From a virus (lineage: Duplodnaviria; Heunggongvirae; Uroviricota; Caudoviricetes): a stretch of DNA of 30,307 nucleotides. Location: the IMG/VR virus record IMGVR_UViG_638341084_000020. One strand, written 5' to 3'. Shown piece after piece: positions 1 to 13,083 of the stretch (the first letter of the stretch is position 1; every line of letters starts with the position of its first letter). The notes under the pieces are model-generated. The model worked only from the letters and a program-made list of their open reading frames with translations. It searched no databases and had not been told where the DNA came from. Made by a program: the position numbers and the translations under genes.

Positions 1-97
1 AAATAATCTCGGTGTGAGATTCCTTACGTTTTCCAAGCCCCCCTTCCTAGCCTTAAATGGAAAGATACTTCTAATTATAGAATTTATATATCTTACC

Positions 98-672
98 CTA
101 CGGTAGGGCTGGCCATTCAATATCCGGTGCAGTTGATGTATCAACACGGTTCAGCAACACCCGATACTTTTTCCAGGCTTCCAGCAACAAGGTTTCTTCC
201 TCCGTTGCGATCTCCAGATCCACAGCATCCTGAAGCGGCGCAATATGCTCACTGGCTACCTGCATCAGGCTGTTTTTTGTTTCTTCCGCCTCCCGGATCC
301 GGAACAGTTTTTCTGCTTCCGTATCCTTCACCCAGGCTGTGCCGTTCCACTTCTGATATCCCCTCCCGGCGATAACCAGGTAACATTTTCCGGTAACGGA
401 CCGAGTTCAGAAATAAATAACGCGTCGCCGGAAGCCACGTCATAAACCGTTTTACCCCGATGATCTTCAACGAGATGCCACGATGCCTCATCACTGTTGA
501 AAACAGCCACGAAGCCTGCCGGAATATCTGGCGGTGCAATATCGATACTGTTTGCTGGCAGACCTGTATGAGGCGGAATATATGCGTCACCTTCACCAAT
601 AAATTCATTAGTTCCTGCCAGCAGATTATAAATTTTTATGGTCCGTGGTTGTTCACTCATTCTGAATGCCAT
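98..672 (-). pseudogene. tfa: Tail fibre assembly protein Tfa, split by an apparent -1 frameshift (N-terminal part 328..672, C-terminal part 98..331)
   Basis: Two adjacent minus-strand ORFs in different frames (114 aa and 77 aa). Together they total about 191 aa, the usual Tfa length. The first matches the Tfa N-terminus ([24 protein letters not shown]...) up to ...LSPGG, the second matches the Tfa C-terminus (...[16 protein letters not shown]...). The reading frame changes around 355..365. Confidence 0.65.
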
Positions 673-3587
673 TATGCAAGCCTCACAATGTAGTTAAATG
701 CGATGTTTTTGACAGTGTTTTCCGCGTTACCAGCAGCGTTAACGGTGATGGTGTGTCCATGTGAGCCAATCGCAACAGAGTGCGTATGAGCACCAATACC
801 GACAGTATGTGCGTGAGCACCTGCAGATGCAGCTGTGCCGCTGACACTATGAGTGTGCGCTCCTGCAGCACTTGTATTCACACTGGCCGCAGACACTACC
901 TTATGTACTGACCCATTTTGTGACCACTGGCTGACTGCTGATGCGCCTGTGACACTATGAGTATGGTTTCCGGCACTTGCGGCTGTACCGCTCACACTGT
1001 GCGTATGCGCCCCGGTGTTATTCGTGGATTTAGTGCCGTAATCAAACGACGATGTGGTTTTCGTCCCCAAATCCGTACTGGATGCACTGGCGCTGTGGGT
1101 GTGCGATTTAATGCCGTCCTGTTCCTGAGACAATACGGCCCGACCACTGGCAGGTTTGCCCTTAATCGTCCAGCCACGCATATCAGGGATCACGCCTGAC
1201 GGATAAGCGGTTGCAAGTTTCGGGTAAGCGGATTTGTCAAAAGTCTGCCCCTGCATCAGGGCATAACCAGACGGAACGGTATCTGATGGCCACGGGATTG
1301 GTGCGCCAGGCGGATAAAACTGCTCTGATGGTGTATAGAGTGAATAAACTGTACCGTCCGTTAACCCTTCCGGCTTATTAGCAGAATATGCTGGTGACGT
1401 ATGAATAGTCACGCTGGCATTACTGGTATAATCCCATTGAATATTTACACCAGTCGCATAATTTCCGATTGCAACGTAAATATCGTAAGTATCACCAGAT
1501 GTATTGACCCAGGCAAAATTTGTAAACCCTGTCGATGTGCGCTGCCATAAAGCACCAGTAATCCCCTTCGGATTACCATTACCTGCACGCAAAACAAGTT
1601 CAGATATACCTGCCTGTTGAGGTGACCCCACGTTAAATCCCGCGCCACCAATCAACGTAATTGAAACAACAGAACTCGCCTGTGGCATGGTTACCGTTGC
1701 TAATTTGAACCAACCAGCACCACCGCTGAATGACATTGTTGTTGAGTTAAGCGTACCAATATCTTTCGGCGTCAGTGTTATATCCGCTGAAAGCGCCTTA
1801 CCATTCACCTTACGGGCAGAAGGTACCCGACCATTCGCATTATCATTAGCTGCTTTCACTGCTTTCGGTGTCGCGGCAAGCGTTTCAGATGCGCTGTTGG
1901 TTGCACTACTGAGCTGGACAATTCCTTTTTGTGCTGTCGTAGCGTCCTGAGCAGTATATTTCCCGTTAGCAAGGTCATAGGCTGCCTTTACCGACTTTGG
2001 CGTTGCCGCCAGCATTTCAGATGTGCTGTTGGTCGCGCTGCTGAGCTGAACTATCCCTTTCTGTGCTGTCGTTGCATCCTGTGCGGTGTATTTCCCGTTA
2101 GCCAGCTCATACGCGGCCTTAACGGCTTTTGGCGTTGCCGCCAGTGACTCGGAAGTGCTGTTAGTCGCACTGCTGAGCTGTACTATCCCCTTTTTCGTCG
2201 TGCTCGCATCCTCAAGCGCCACGGCGGATGCAATATCCTCTGCCCGTTTTGCCGCTGTCTCGGCGCGCGTTGCCGCGGATTCCGCCGTACTTTTGCTCTG
2301 AGCTGCCGCCGTCGCACTGCCAGCTGCCTCTGTCGCCTTCGTGGATGCCGTCGTGGCGCTGCCCTTTGCTGCTGACGCCTGTCTGGTCGCCTCATCTTTT
2401 GAAGCAGACGCAGATGATGCCGATGACGCCGCCGAACTGGCGGACGATGCGGCAGCCGTTTTTGAGGATTCTGCGCTGGTTTCCGACGCTTTCGCGTTCG
2501 TCTCGGATGTCTTCGCTGCGGAAGCAGACCTCGCTGCTGCGCTGGCCTGTTCAGTGGCTTCGCCAGCCTTCGTTGTGGCTGTTGAAGCGGACGATGCGGC
2601 GCTTTCTGCCGATTTTCCGGCAGCGGTGGCACTGGCTGAGGCCTGCCCGGCACTTGTTGACGCGGCACTGGCAGACGACGCAGCCGCTGTTTTTGAGCCT
2701 GCCGCAGCTGAGGCGCTCTGTCCCGCTGCCGTCTCAGAAGACCTGGCGTTCGTCTCGGACGTTTTTGCCGCCTTCGCGGAATTTGCTGCCGCCGTTGCCG
2801 AGGAAGCTGCGCTACTGGCGCTCGAGGATGCGTTCGTTTCTGATGATTTTGCCGCCTCTTTTGAAGCCGACGCATCCCGGGCTGAGGTGGCAGCTTCTGA
2901 CGCTTTCGTGGTCGCGGTGGATGCAGAAGTGGCGGCTGATTGTTGTGACGCTGCAGCATTCGTTTCTGACGTTTTCGCGGCAGCGGCACTGGTAGCTGCC
3001 GCGCTTTTTGAGGACTCTGCAGCGGCAGCACTTTTTTCCGCTTCAGTGGCCTTTGTTGATGCCGTTCCTGCGCTGGAAGACGCTGACTGAGCCGACGAAG
3101 CGGCCTGTCCGGCTGACGTGCTGGCTGCACGTGCTGAATCTGCAGCATCAGTCGCATGGGTTGCCGCCTCACGGGCAGATGTGCCGGCATCACTGGCTGA
3201 CTTCTTCGCGGCTGCCGTGTTCTGTGCCACCACGGACGCGTTACGCGCCACCTCTTCCACCATCTGTTCAAAACGGCGCAGTGCCTCCGGACGGGCATCA
3301 TCCTCCGTCATGGCACCGAGAAAATCATTCAGCGTACCGGGTTGAGAATCTTCATACACGGTGATGGTCCCGGCATGTGACGGCGGGAATCCTTCCACCA
3401 ACAGAATAACGCTGTACTGCCCGTACTCAACGTCCATGCTGTAACGCCCGGCTTCATCCGGATTTTCTGAGGCCAGCGTGTTCACCACCACCGTGGTGCT
3501 GTTACGTTTTGCTTTCAGCTGGATTGTGCAGTTCTGTACCGGTTTTCCTGTGCCGTCTTTCAGTACACCTGAAATCTTTACTGCCAT
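672..3587 (-). CDS. stf: Side tail fibre protein Stf (972 aa from the ATG at 3587; track ORF begins 2 codons earlier at a GTG)
   Basis: N-terminus [26 protein letters not shown] and C-terminus ...[29 protein letters not shown] match lambda Stf as I recall it. Internal Ala/Ser-rich region, 44-aa tandem repeats and a His-rich GAHTHS repeat region near the C-terminus. GGGG-type ribosome-binding site precedes the ATG. Confidence 0.85.
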   Translation of the reverse strand: MAVKISGVLKDGTGKPVQNCTIQLKAKRNSTTVVVNTLASENPDEAGRYSMDVEYGQYSVILLVEGFPPSHAGTITVYEDSQPGTLNDFLGAMTEDDARPEALRRFEQMVEEVARNASVVAQNTAAAKKSASDAGTSAREAATHATDAADSARAASTSAGQAASSAQSASSSAGTASTKATEAEKSAAAAESSKSAAATSAAAAKTSETNAAASQQSAATSASTATTKASEAATSARDASASKEAAKSSETNASSSASSAASSATAAANSAKAAKTSETNARSSETAAGQSASAAAGSKTAAASSASAASTSAGQASASATAAGKSAESAASSASTATTKAGEATEQASAAARSASAAKTSETNAKASETSAESSKTAAASSASSAASSASSASASKDEATRQASAAKGSATTASTKATEAAGSATAAAQSKSTAESAATRAETAAKRAEDIASAVALEDASTTKKGIVQLSSATNSTSESLAATPKAVKAAYELANGKYTAQDATTAQKGIVQLSSATNSTSEMLAATPKSVKAAYDLANGKYTAQDATTAQKGIVQLSSATNSASETLAATPKAVKAANDNANGRVPSARKVNGKALSADITLTPKDIGTLNSTTMSFSGGAGWFKLATVTMPQASSVVSITLIGGAGFNVGSPQQAGISELVLRAGNGNPKGITGALWQRTSTGFTNFAWVNTSGDTYDIYVAIGNYATGVNIQWDYTSNASVTIHTSPAYSANKPEGLTDGTVYSLYTPSEQFYPPGAPIPWPSDTVPSGYALMQGQTFDKSAYPKLATAYPSGVIPDMRGWTIKGKPASGRAVLSQEQDGIKSHTHSASASSTDLGTKTTSSFDYGTKSTNNTGAHTHSVSGTAASAGNHTHSVTGASAVSQWSQNGSVHKVVSAASVNTSAAGAHTHSVSGTAASAGAHAHTVGIGAHTHSVAIGSHGHTITVNAAGNAENTVKNIAFNYIVRLA
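1848..2192 (-). repeat. About 2.6 tandem copies of a 132-bp in-frame coding repeat inside stf (44-aa unit [44 protein letters not shown])
   Basis: Repeat copies begin at Stf track residues 468, 512 and 556 (period 44 aa = 132 bp); the third copy diverges after about 27 residues. Visible at DNA level as a near-identical 132-nt periodicity. Confidence 0.85.
2244..3221 (-). repeat. Low-complexity Ala/Ser/Thr-rich coding region of stf with reiterated short motifs ([19 protein letters not shown] and similar)
   Basis: Stf residues about 125-450 consist almost entirely of A, S, T, K, E, Q, G. The GC-rich DNA produces long spurious ORFs on both strands here. Confidence 0.7.
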
Positions 3588-3596
3588 ATTCACCCC

Positions 3597-3624
3597 ACAA
3601 AAAAGCCCGCCTGAACCGGCGGGC
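3597..3624 (-). terminator. Candidate intrinsic terminator between lom and stf
   Basis: On the minus strand: 7-bp GC stem GCCCGCC/GGCGGGC with a 6-nt loop, followed directly by a run of six T, located just after the lom stop and just before the stf ribosome-binding site. Confidence 0.55.
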
Positions 3625-3651
3625 TGTCATAACACTGTGTTACCTGGCTAA

Positions 3652-4251
3652 TCAGAACTTATAACCGACACCCACGATGAAACCGTCAGTGCGCCAGTCG
3701 CCACTGCCGGAGCCTTCATAAGCAATATCAATGGCCACGGATTCGGTCGGGTTAAACTGCACGCCAGCTCCCCACGCCAGAGACGTGTTGCTGTGGCGAC
3801 CGTCATCACTTCCGGTCAGCACGTCGTGCGTTTTCCCCTTGTTGTCAGTTACGCGGAGATAATCCCCGGAGAAAGTCGACACACGGCTGTAAGCCATACC
3901 CGCCATCGCATACGCGCTGAACCATTCATTCACGCGCACAGACGGCCCCACCATCACGCTGAACCAGCGGTTACGCACGGAATCTTCATGCCAGCGGGTA
4001 TCGCTGTAACGGGTAAGCTGGCGATTCTTGTCTCCTGCATAGCTGAATGACGTCACCAGCCCCAGTGTGTCCGTAAACTCATAACGGTATTTCACGTTAA
4101 TCCCGTTCAGATCATCACTGCCGGGAACGTTCGTCCGGGCATGAAGATACCCCGCGCTCAGCGTGGACTGATGTTCAGACGCCCATGCAGGCGCACCGGA
4201 TACGGCCAGACAAATGGCTGCGGACAAAATGGCGGCATAAAGTTTACGCAT
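3652..4251 (-). CDS. lom: Lom-like outer membrane protein (Ail/Lom family), 199 aa
   Basis: N-terminal signal peptide ([24 protein letters not shown]); C-terminal ...[23 protein letters not shown] characteristic of lambda Lom, ending in an aromatic residue; position between J and stf as in lambda. Confidence 0.85.
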
Positions 4252-4317
4252 AATTACCTCTCGCTTTTCTGCAATAAAAAAGGCGTCATTTCTGACGCCC
4301 GTTCTGGGTTATAAAAT

Positions 4318-7719
<3,402 letters not shown>

Positions 7720-7776
7720 TCACGCTCCATAAACGATAAAACCGCCCGGAGGCGGTTTCACATAAAACATTTTGCA

Positions 7777-8424
7777 TCAGCGACCAATCACCACAACCTG
7801 ACCACCATCCCCTTCGTCTGCCGTGCTGATCTCCTGAGAAACCACACGTGACCCCACGCGCATTTCACCGTACAGAACAGGCAGAACATTGCCCTGGGCA
7901 ACCATGTTATCCAGTGAGGAGAAATAGGTGTTCTGTTTGCCGTTATCTGTACTGGCTGCCGTGGGCGTCCTGGCTTTCGGTGCCAGCATCTGCGCCACTC
8001 CGCCCAGGATCATACTGGCCCCTGCCGCATACATGCCCGATACAGCCGCGGCCCCCAGCCAGCCCACAGGGTTCCACCATGCCACCGCAATCAGCGCCGC
8101 CCCAAGCACCACCTGAAACACACCGCCACTTTTAGCTCCCGCCAGACGCGGTACGATGTGGATCACGGCACCATTTGCCAGCGGCTCATTAAGACGGGCA
8201 GATAATTCGTTTTCGCCTGCATCACGCCCGGCAATGCGCACCTGATACCAGCCCTCATTCAGTTTCTGACGAAACACCGGGAGCTGTGTGGCCAGTGCCC
8301 GGATGGCTTCAGCCCCCGTTTTCACACGAAGGTCGATACGGCGACCAAATCGTTGCAAATCCCCGTAAAGGCAGATGCGTGCCATGCCCGGTGACGCCAG
8401 AGGGAGTGTGTGCGTCGCTGCCAT
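7777..8424 (-). CDS. I: Tail tip assembly protein I, 215 aa
   Basis: MAATHTLPLASPGMARICLYGDLQRFGRRIDLRVKTGAEAIRALATQLP... matches lambda I; overlaps the 3' end of K by about 100 nt in a different frame. Confidence 0.9.
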   Translation of the reverse strand: MAATHTLPLASPGMARICLYGDLQRFGRRIDLRVKTGAEAIRALATQLPVFRQKLNEGWYQVRIAGRDAGENELSARLNEPLANGAVIHIVPRLAGAKSGGVFQVVLGAALIAVAWWNPVGWLGAAAVSGMYAAGASMILGGVAQMLAPKARTPTAASTDNGKQNTYFSSLDNMVAQGNVLPVLYGEMRVGSRVVSQEISTADEGDGGQVVVIGR

Positions 8425-9065
8425 TTGTCGGTGTACCTCTCTCGTTTACTCAGTTGTTCAGGAATATGGTGCAGCAGCTCGCCGTCGCCACAGTAAATGG
8501 CGGCATGATTCGGCACCGATGAACCAAAACAGCACAGCAGCACATCGCCCGGCTGGGCCGCTGACAACGGCACCTGATACAACCCCGTTGCCTCCATATT
8601 ATCCAGATAGAGATTCTGGCCGTGACGCCACCAGTCATCCCCGCGATGAAAATCCGGCATCTCAATTCCCGCCAGATGGTAAGCGTCCCGGAACAGCGTG
8701 TAACAGTCCGTCACCCCGTGCTCAAAGCGCCGCCCGGTGAGATGCGGCACACAGCGGAATTTATGAATCGCCCCCCGGCAGACCAGCCACCACGGCAAAT
8801 CACTCTGCACCTGCAGCCGCCGGTCGGCCTCACTCAGCCAGGGCAGACCACCGGGGTGGCTGTGGACCAGCGCCACAATCTCTCCCTGCATTTCTGCACT
8901 CAGCCAGTCCTCCGGCGACATCCGGAAATACGCCTCCGGCTCACCAGAGATATTCACGCAGGGAAAATATCTTTCCCCCTCCGGTGTTCTCACCACGAAG
9001 CCGCACGACTCCGCTGGCGCACATCGCCGGGCGTGCGCCAGAATCGCTGATTCTGTCTCTGTCAT
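8322..9065 (-). CDS. K: Tail tip assembly protein K (JAB/MPN plus NlpC/P60 domains), 247 aa from the ATG
   Basis: MTETESAILAHARRCAPAESCGFVV...; HSHPGG (JAB-type metal motif) and a Cys-containing NlpC/P60-like region; ATG lies a few nt after the L stop. Track ORF starts 3 codons upstream at a GTG (9074). Confidence 0.85.
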   Translation of the reverse strand: MTETESAILAHARRCAPAESCGFVVRTPEGERYFPCVNISGEPEAYFRMSPEDWLSAEMQGEIVALVHSHPGGLPWLSEADRRLQVQSDLPWWLVCRGAIHKFRCVPHLTGRRFEHGVTDCYTLFRDAYHLAGIEMPDFHRGDDWWRHGQNLYLDNMEATGLYQVPLSAAQPGDVLLCCFGSSVPNHAAIYCGDGELLHHIPEQLSKRERYTDKWQRRTHSLWRHRAWHASAFTGICNDLVAVSTFV

Positions 9066-9070
9066 GGGAT

Positions 9071-9769
9071 TCACTGCGAAAGTTTGTTAATGGAAAGGAA
9101 GCCGCCAAAGTTGCCGACGTTATTGCGAAACTTACAGCCGCTCAGGCATTTGCTGCATTTATCCTTCGTGATATCGGACGTCGGCTGATCATATTCATCC
9201 GCGACCGCCGGACCGTGATAACCGCACTCGTCACCGCGATAGGTCCAGGTGCAGGTGTTGGCCAGCATGATGCGCCCCGGAAAAACGGCACCGTCCGTTT
9301 CCGTCGGCGTGGACAGTACAAAAGAGGCACTCACCGCGCTCAGTTCGCTGCACTGCTCGATGCGCCAGCGGCTGATCACCTCCTGCTCCGGATCGGCGTA
9401 ACTGTTTCCGTTGACGAAGTTCACCGCATCCAGAAAACGGGCGTAAACCTTACGCCGGACCACCGTTCCGCCGACCAGACTCTGCATATCTTCCGCCATC
9501 CCGGTGACCATACCGTACAGGTTAGAAACCGTCAGCGTGGGGCGCGTACTGGTGCCTTTGCCATTCAGTTCAAAACCGCTCCCCTGAATGGGATACGGCT
9601 GATACTGTCGCCCCTGCCAGGTGACCGGCTCACCTTTTTCGTTCTGCTCATTACAGAAAAAATAACGTTCTCCACCGACCTCTGTCAGGTCGATTTCCCA
9701 GAGCACCACGCTGGCCGACTGCTCCGCACGGGTGCATTCATTCAGTGTTTCCTGCCGGATATCCTGCAT
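9071..9769 (-). CDS. L: Tail tip protein L, 232 aa
   Basis: MQDIRQETLNECTRAEQSASVVLWEIDLTEVGGERYFFCNEQN... matches lambda L; same length; start overlaps the M stop. Confidence 0.92.
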   Translation of the reverse strand: MQDIRQETLNECTRAEQSASVVLWEIDLTEVGGERYFFCNEQNEKGEPVTWQGRQYQPYPIQGSGFELNGKGTSTRPTLTVSNLYGMVTGMAEDMQSLVGGTVVRRKVYARFLDAVNFVNGNSYADPEQEVISRWRIEQCSELSAVSASFVLSTPTETDGAVFPGRIMLANTCTWTYRGDECGYHGPAVADEYDQPTSDITKDKCSKCLSGCKFRNNVGNFGGFLSINKLSQ

Positions 9770-10098
9770 CAGTTCACCACCTGTTCAAACTCTGCGCTGA
9801 ACTCAACACGCAGCATACTGACCCGCGACGACCATTTTGCGCAGGTCACCTTTATCTGCCGCCACTCATAAGGCGGCGTCCACAGAAAGGATTTCCAGCC
9901 CCCGTGCTCTTCCAGAAACGACTCCAGTACCGTGGCCTCCTCACGGGGGACAGAAAGCGTCACGCTGTACGTTTTCAGGTTGGCATTCAGCCCGGCAGGC
10001 GCTCGCTGAGAATAGCCATCACCAAAGCGCACCTTTCTTACAGAAGGGACCGAAGCCACATCCATACCGGGTTTCACTTTCCAGCGGAAGGTCTTCAT
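9769..10098 (-). CDS. M: Tail tip protein M, 109 aa
   Basis: MKTFRWKVKPGMDVASVPSVRKVRFGDGYSQRAPAGLNANLKTYSVTLSVP... matches lambda M; start overlaps the H stop. Confidence 0.92.
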   Translation of the reverse strand: MKTFRWKVKPGMDVASVPSVRKVRFGDGYSQRAPAGLNANLKTYSVTLSVPREEATVLESFLEEHGGWKSFLWTPPYEWRQIKVTCAKWSSRVSMLRVEFSAEFEQVVN

Positions 10099-12656
10099 CG
10101 TCCACCTCCGGAGAACAGGCCACCATCACGCATCTGTGTCTGAATTTCATCACGGGCACCCTTGCGGGCCATGTCATACACCGCCTTCAGAGCAGCCGGA
10201 CCTATCTGCCCGTTCGTGCCGTCGTTGTTAATCACCACATGGTTATTCTGCTCAAACGTCCCGGACGCCTGCGACCGGCTGTCTGCCATGCTGCCCGGTG
10301 TACCGACATAACCGCCGGTGGCATAGCCGCGCATCAGCCGGTAAAGATTCCCCACGCCAATCCGGCTGGTTGCCTCCTTCGTGAAGACAAACTCACCACG
10401 GTGAACAATCCCCGCTGGCTCATATTTGCCGCCGGTTCCCGTAAATCCTCCGGTTGCAAAATGGAATTTCGCCGCAGCGGCCTGAATGGCTGTACCGCCT
10501 GACGCGGATGCGCCGCCACCAACAGCCCCGCCAATGGCGCTGCCGATACTCCCGACAATCCCCACCATTGCCTGCTTAAGCAGAATTTCTGTCATCATGG
10601 ACAGCACGGAACGGGTGAAGCTGCGCCAGTTCTGCTCACTGCCGGTCAGCATCGCCGCCATATTCTGTGCAATACCATCAAAGGTCTGCGTGGCAGCACT
10701 TTTAACCTGCGACATACTGTCCGTGGCGCTCTCTTCCCACTCACTCCAGCCGGACTTCAGGCCTGCCATCCAGCTCCCGCGAAGCTGGTCTTCAGCCGCC
10801 CAGGTCTTTTTCTGCTCTGACATGACGTTATTCAGCGCCAGCGGATTATCGCCATACTGTTCCTTCAGGCGCTGTTCCGTGGCTTCCCGTTCTGCCTGCC
10901 GGTCAGTCAGCCCCCGGCTTTTCGCATCAATGGCGGCCCGTTTTGCCCGTTGCTGCTGTGCGAATTTATCCGCCTGCTGCGCCAGCGCGTTCAGGCGCTC
11001 CTGATACGTAACCTTGTCGCCAAGTGCAGCCAGCTGGCGTTTGTACTCCAGCGTCTCATCTTTATGCGCCAGCAGGGATTTCTCCTGTGCAGACAGCTGG
11101 CGACGTTGCGCCGCCTCCTCCAGTACCGCGAACTGACTCTCCGCCTTCCACAAATCCCGGCGCTGCTGGCTGATTTTCTCATTTGCTCCGGCATGCTTCT
11201 CCAGCGTCCGGAGTTCAGCCTGAAGCGTCAGCAGGGCAGCATGAGCACTGTCTTCCTGACGATCGCCCGCAGACACCTTCACGCCGGACTGTTTCGGCTT
11301 TTTCAGCGTCGCTTCATAATCCTTTTTCGCCGCCGCCATCAGCGTGTTGTAATCCGCCTGCAGGATTTTCCCGTCTTTCAGTGCCTTGTTCAGTTCTTCC
11401 TGACGGGCGGTATATTTCTCCAGCGGCGTCTGCAGCCGTTCGTAAGCCTTCTGCGCCTCTTCGGTATATTTCAGCCGTGACGCTTCGGTATCGCTCTGCT
11501 GCTGCGCATTTTTGTCCTGTTGAGTCTGCTGCTCAGCCTTCTTTCGGGCGGCTTCAAGCGCAAGACGGGCCTTTTCACGATCATCCCAGTAACGCGCCCG
11601 CGCTTCATCGTTAACAAAATAATCATCCTTGCGCAGATTCCAGATGTCGTCTGCTTTCTTAAACGCAGCCTCTGCCTTAATCAGCATCTCCTGCGCGGTA
11701 TCAGGACGACCGATATCCAGCACCGCATCCCACATGGATTTGAATGCCCGCGCAGTCCTGTCTGCCCAGGTCTCCAGCGTGCCCATGTTCTCTTTCAGGC
11801 GGCGGATCTGGTCATCAAACCCTTTCGTTGCGGCCTCGTTCGCCGCCTGCAATGCCCCGGCTTCATCGCCGGAACGCTGCAACTGAGCAACATACGCAAT
11901 CTGCTCCGTCGTCACGTTATGGAACTGGCGTGCCATCGCCGTCAGCCCCGACGTCGGGTCTGTGGTCAGCTTCCCGAAGGCTTCAGCGACCTTGTCCACC
12001 TCCACGCCGGATGCAGAGGAGAAACGCGCCACACTCTGGCTGATGGACGCAATCTGAGCCTCACCGCTTACCCCCGCCTTAACCAGTGCGCTGAGTGACT
12101 CGCTGGTCTGGTTAAACGTCAGCCCTGCCGCCTGCCCGGCTCTGGACAGGACCAGCATACGATCTGCCGTCAGTCCCGCCTGATTGCCGGAAAGGACCAG
12201 CGTTTTGTTGAAATCGGACAGGGTTGAGTTGCCCTGATACCAGGCATACGCCAGCGCACCGGTCGCCACCGCCAGCGAGGTGGCCCCCACCATCGGCAGG
12301 GTGATCGCACCGGCAAGCCCCCTGAACATGGGGATCATCCCGCCGAAGGAGTCCTTCACCTGCCCCCCCTGTTGCAGCAGGATCAGCCACGGACTTTGCC
12401 CGCCTGCAAGCTGCGTGGCCACGTCGGTGAACTGTGCAGGCAGCATACGCATGGCGGCTTTATACTGCCCGACGGAAATCCCCGCTTTCTGTGCAGCCAG
12501 CGCCTGTCGGCTCAGCGACTGTTCAACGACTGCCGCTGTTTTTTTCGCATCACTTTCCGTACCGGAAAAATGACGCCTGACTCTGGCCATCTGCTCGTCA
12601 AATCTGGCCGCATCCAGACTCAAATCAACGACCAGATCGCCTACCGGTTCAGCCAT
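10095..12656 (-). CDS. H: Tail tape measure protein H, 853 aa
   Basis: Same length as lambda H; MAEPVGDLVVDLSLDAARFDEQMARVRRHF... and Gly-rich C-terminal region match lambda H. Confidence 0.95.
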   Translation of the reverse strand: MAEPVGDLVVDLSLDAARFDEQMARVRRHFSGTESDAKKTAAVVEQSLSRQALAAQKAGISVGQYKAAMRMLPAQFTDVATQLAGGQSPWLILLQQGGQVKDSFGGMIPMFRGLAGAITLPMVGATSLAVATGALAYAWYQGNSTLSDFNKTLVLSGNQAGLTADRMLVLSRAGQAAGLTFNQTSESLSALVKAGVSGEAQIASISQSVARFSSASGVEVDKVAEAFGKLTTDPTSGLTAMARQFHNVTTEQIAYVAQLQRSGDEAGALQAANEAATKGFDDQIRRLKENMGTLETWADRTARAFKSMWDAVLDIGRPDTAQEMLIKAEAAFKKADDIWNLRKDDYFVNDEARARYWDDREKARLALEAARKKAEQQTQQDKNAQQQSDTEASRLKYTEEAQKAYERLQTPLEKYTARQEELNKALKDGKILQADYNTLMAAAKKDYEATLKKPKQSGVKVSAGDRQEDSAHAALLTLQAELRTLEKHAGANEKISQQRRDLWKAESQFAVLEEAAQRRQLSAQEKSLLAHKDETLEYKRQLAALGDKVTYQERLNALAQQADKFAQQQRAKRAAIDAKSRGLTDRQAEREATEQRLKEQYGDNPLALNNVMSEQKKTWAAEDQLRGSWMAGLKSGWSEWEESATDSMSQVKSAATQTFDGIAQNMAAMLTGSEQNWRSFTRSVLSMMTEILLKQAMVGIVGSIGSAIGGAVGGGASASGGTAIQAAAAKFHFATGGFTGTGGKYEPAGIVHRGEFVFTKEATSRIGVGNLYRLMRGYATGGYVGTPGSMADSRSQASGTFEQNNHVVINNDGTNGQIGPAALKAVYDMARKGARDEIQTQMRDGGLFSGGGR

Positions 12657-13083
12657 ACCGGACTCCTCCTGCGATCCCTTCTGATACTGTCATCAGCATT
12701 ACGTCATCCTCCGTCATGTCCGCCACATCCGGGGAAGCGGGGATAACTTCATTCCCGTCCGGGCCAAAGCGGACACCTCCGGCAAGCCCTGCCGCTTTCT
12801 GCATCAGCACATCATCTTCAGGCTCTTCGTCAGCCTCGCGCCGGTTCAGCAGACTGAAATCCAGCGGATGCATATCCGGATCGCTGAAAAACAGGCTGAG
12901 CACGGTGTACGTCAGCCCGGAAAAGTGCATATCCAGCAGAACATCATGAAAATAATGGGTACTGTAAAAGCGGTGCCAGTCGGCATACTCCGTGGATGAC
13001 ATCCCGGCAAGCATGGCACGCCAGTCGGGTCGCCCCATCTCACGCGCCAGTTTCAGGGCAAAACTCAGCTCACCGTCGAACAC
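12649..13083 (-). CDS. T: T segment of the G-T tail assembly chaperone (expressed as a G-T fusion by -1 programmed frameshift; not an independent gene)
   Basis: ORF in the -1 frame relative to G, overlapping the G 3' end, matching lambda T; slippery heptamer at the end of G. Confidence 0.8.
   Translation of the reverse strand: MFDGELSFALKLAREMGRPDWRAMLAGMSSTEYADWHRFYSTHYFHDVLLDMHFSGLTYTVLSLFFSDPDMHPLDFSLLNRREADEEPEDDVLMQKAAGLAGGVRFGPDGNEVIPASPDVADMTEDDVMLMTVSEGIAGGVRYG

Noticed and set aside
60-100. Short inverted repeat (CCCTAC/GTAGGG) just downstream of the tfa stop, considered as a terminator
   Set aside because: Stem is only 6 bp with essentially no loop and no clear U-tract on the minus strand; too weak to call.
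1848-2192. Direct repeats that could be taken for a CRISPR array or minisatellite
   Set aside because: The repeats are contiguous 132-bp in-frame coding units within stf with no spacers and no cas genes.
2183-3301. Several long ORFs on both strands (372 aa, 255 aa, 249 aa) within the stf Ala/Ser-rich region
   Set aside because: Artefacts of low-complexity GC-rich sequence; translations are poly-Arg/Pro or poly-Ala/Asp strings with no protein-like features.
8984-9871. 295-aa plus-strand ORF antisense to K and L
   Set aside because: Overlaps two well-supported tail genes on the opposite strand; no independent coding signal.
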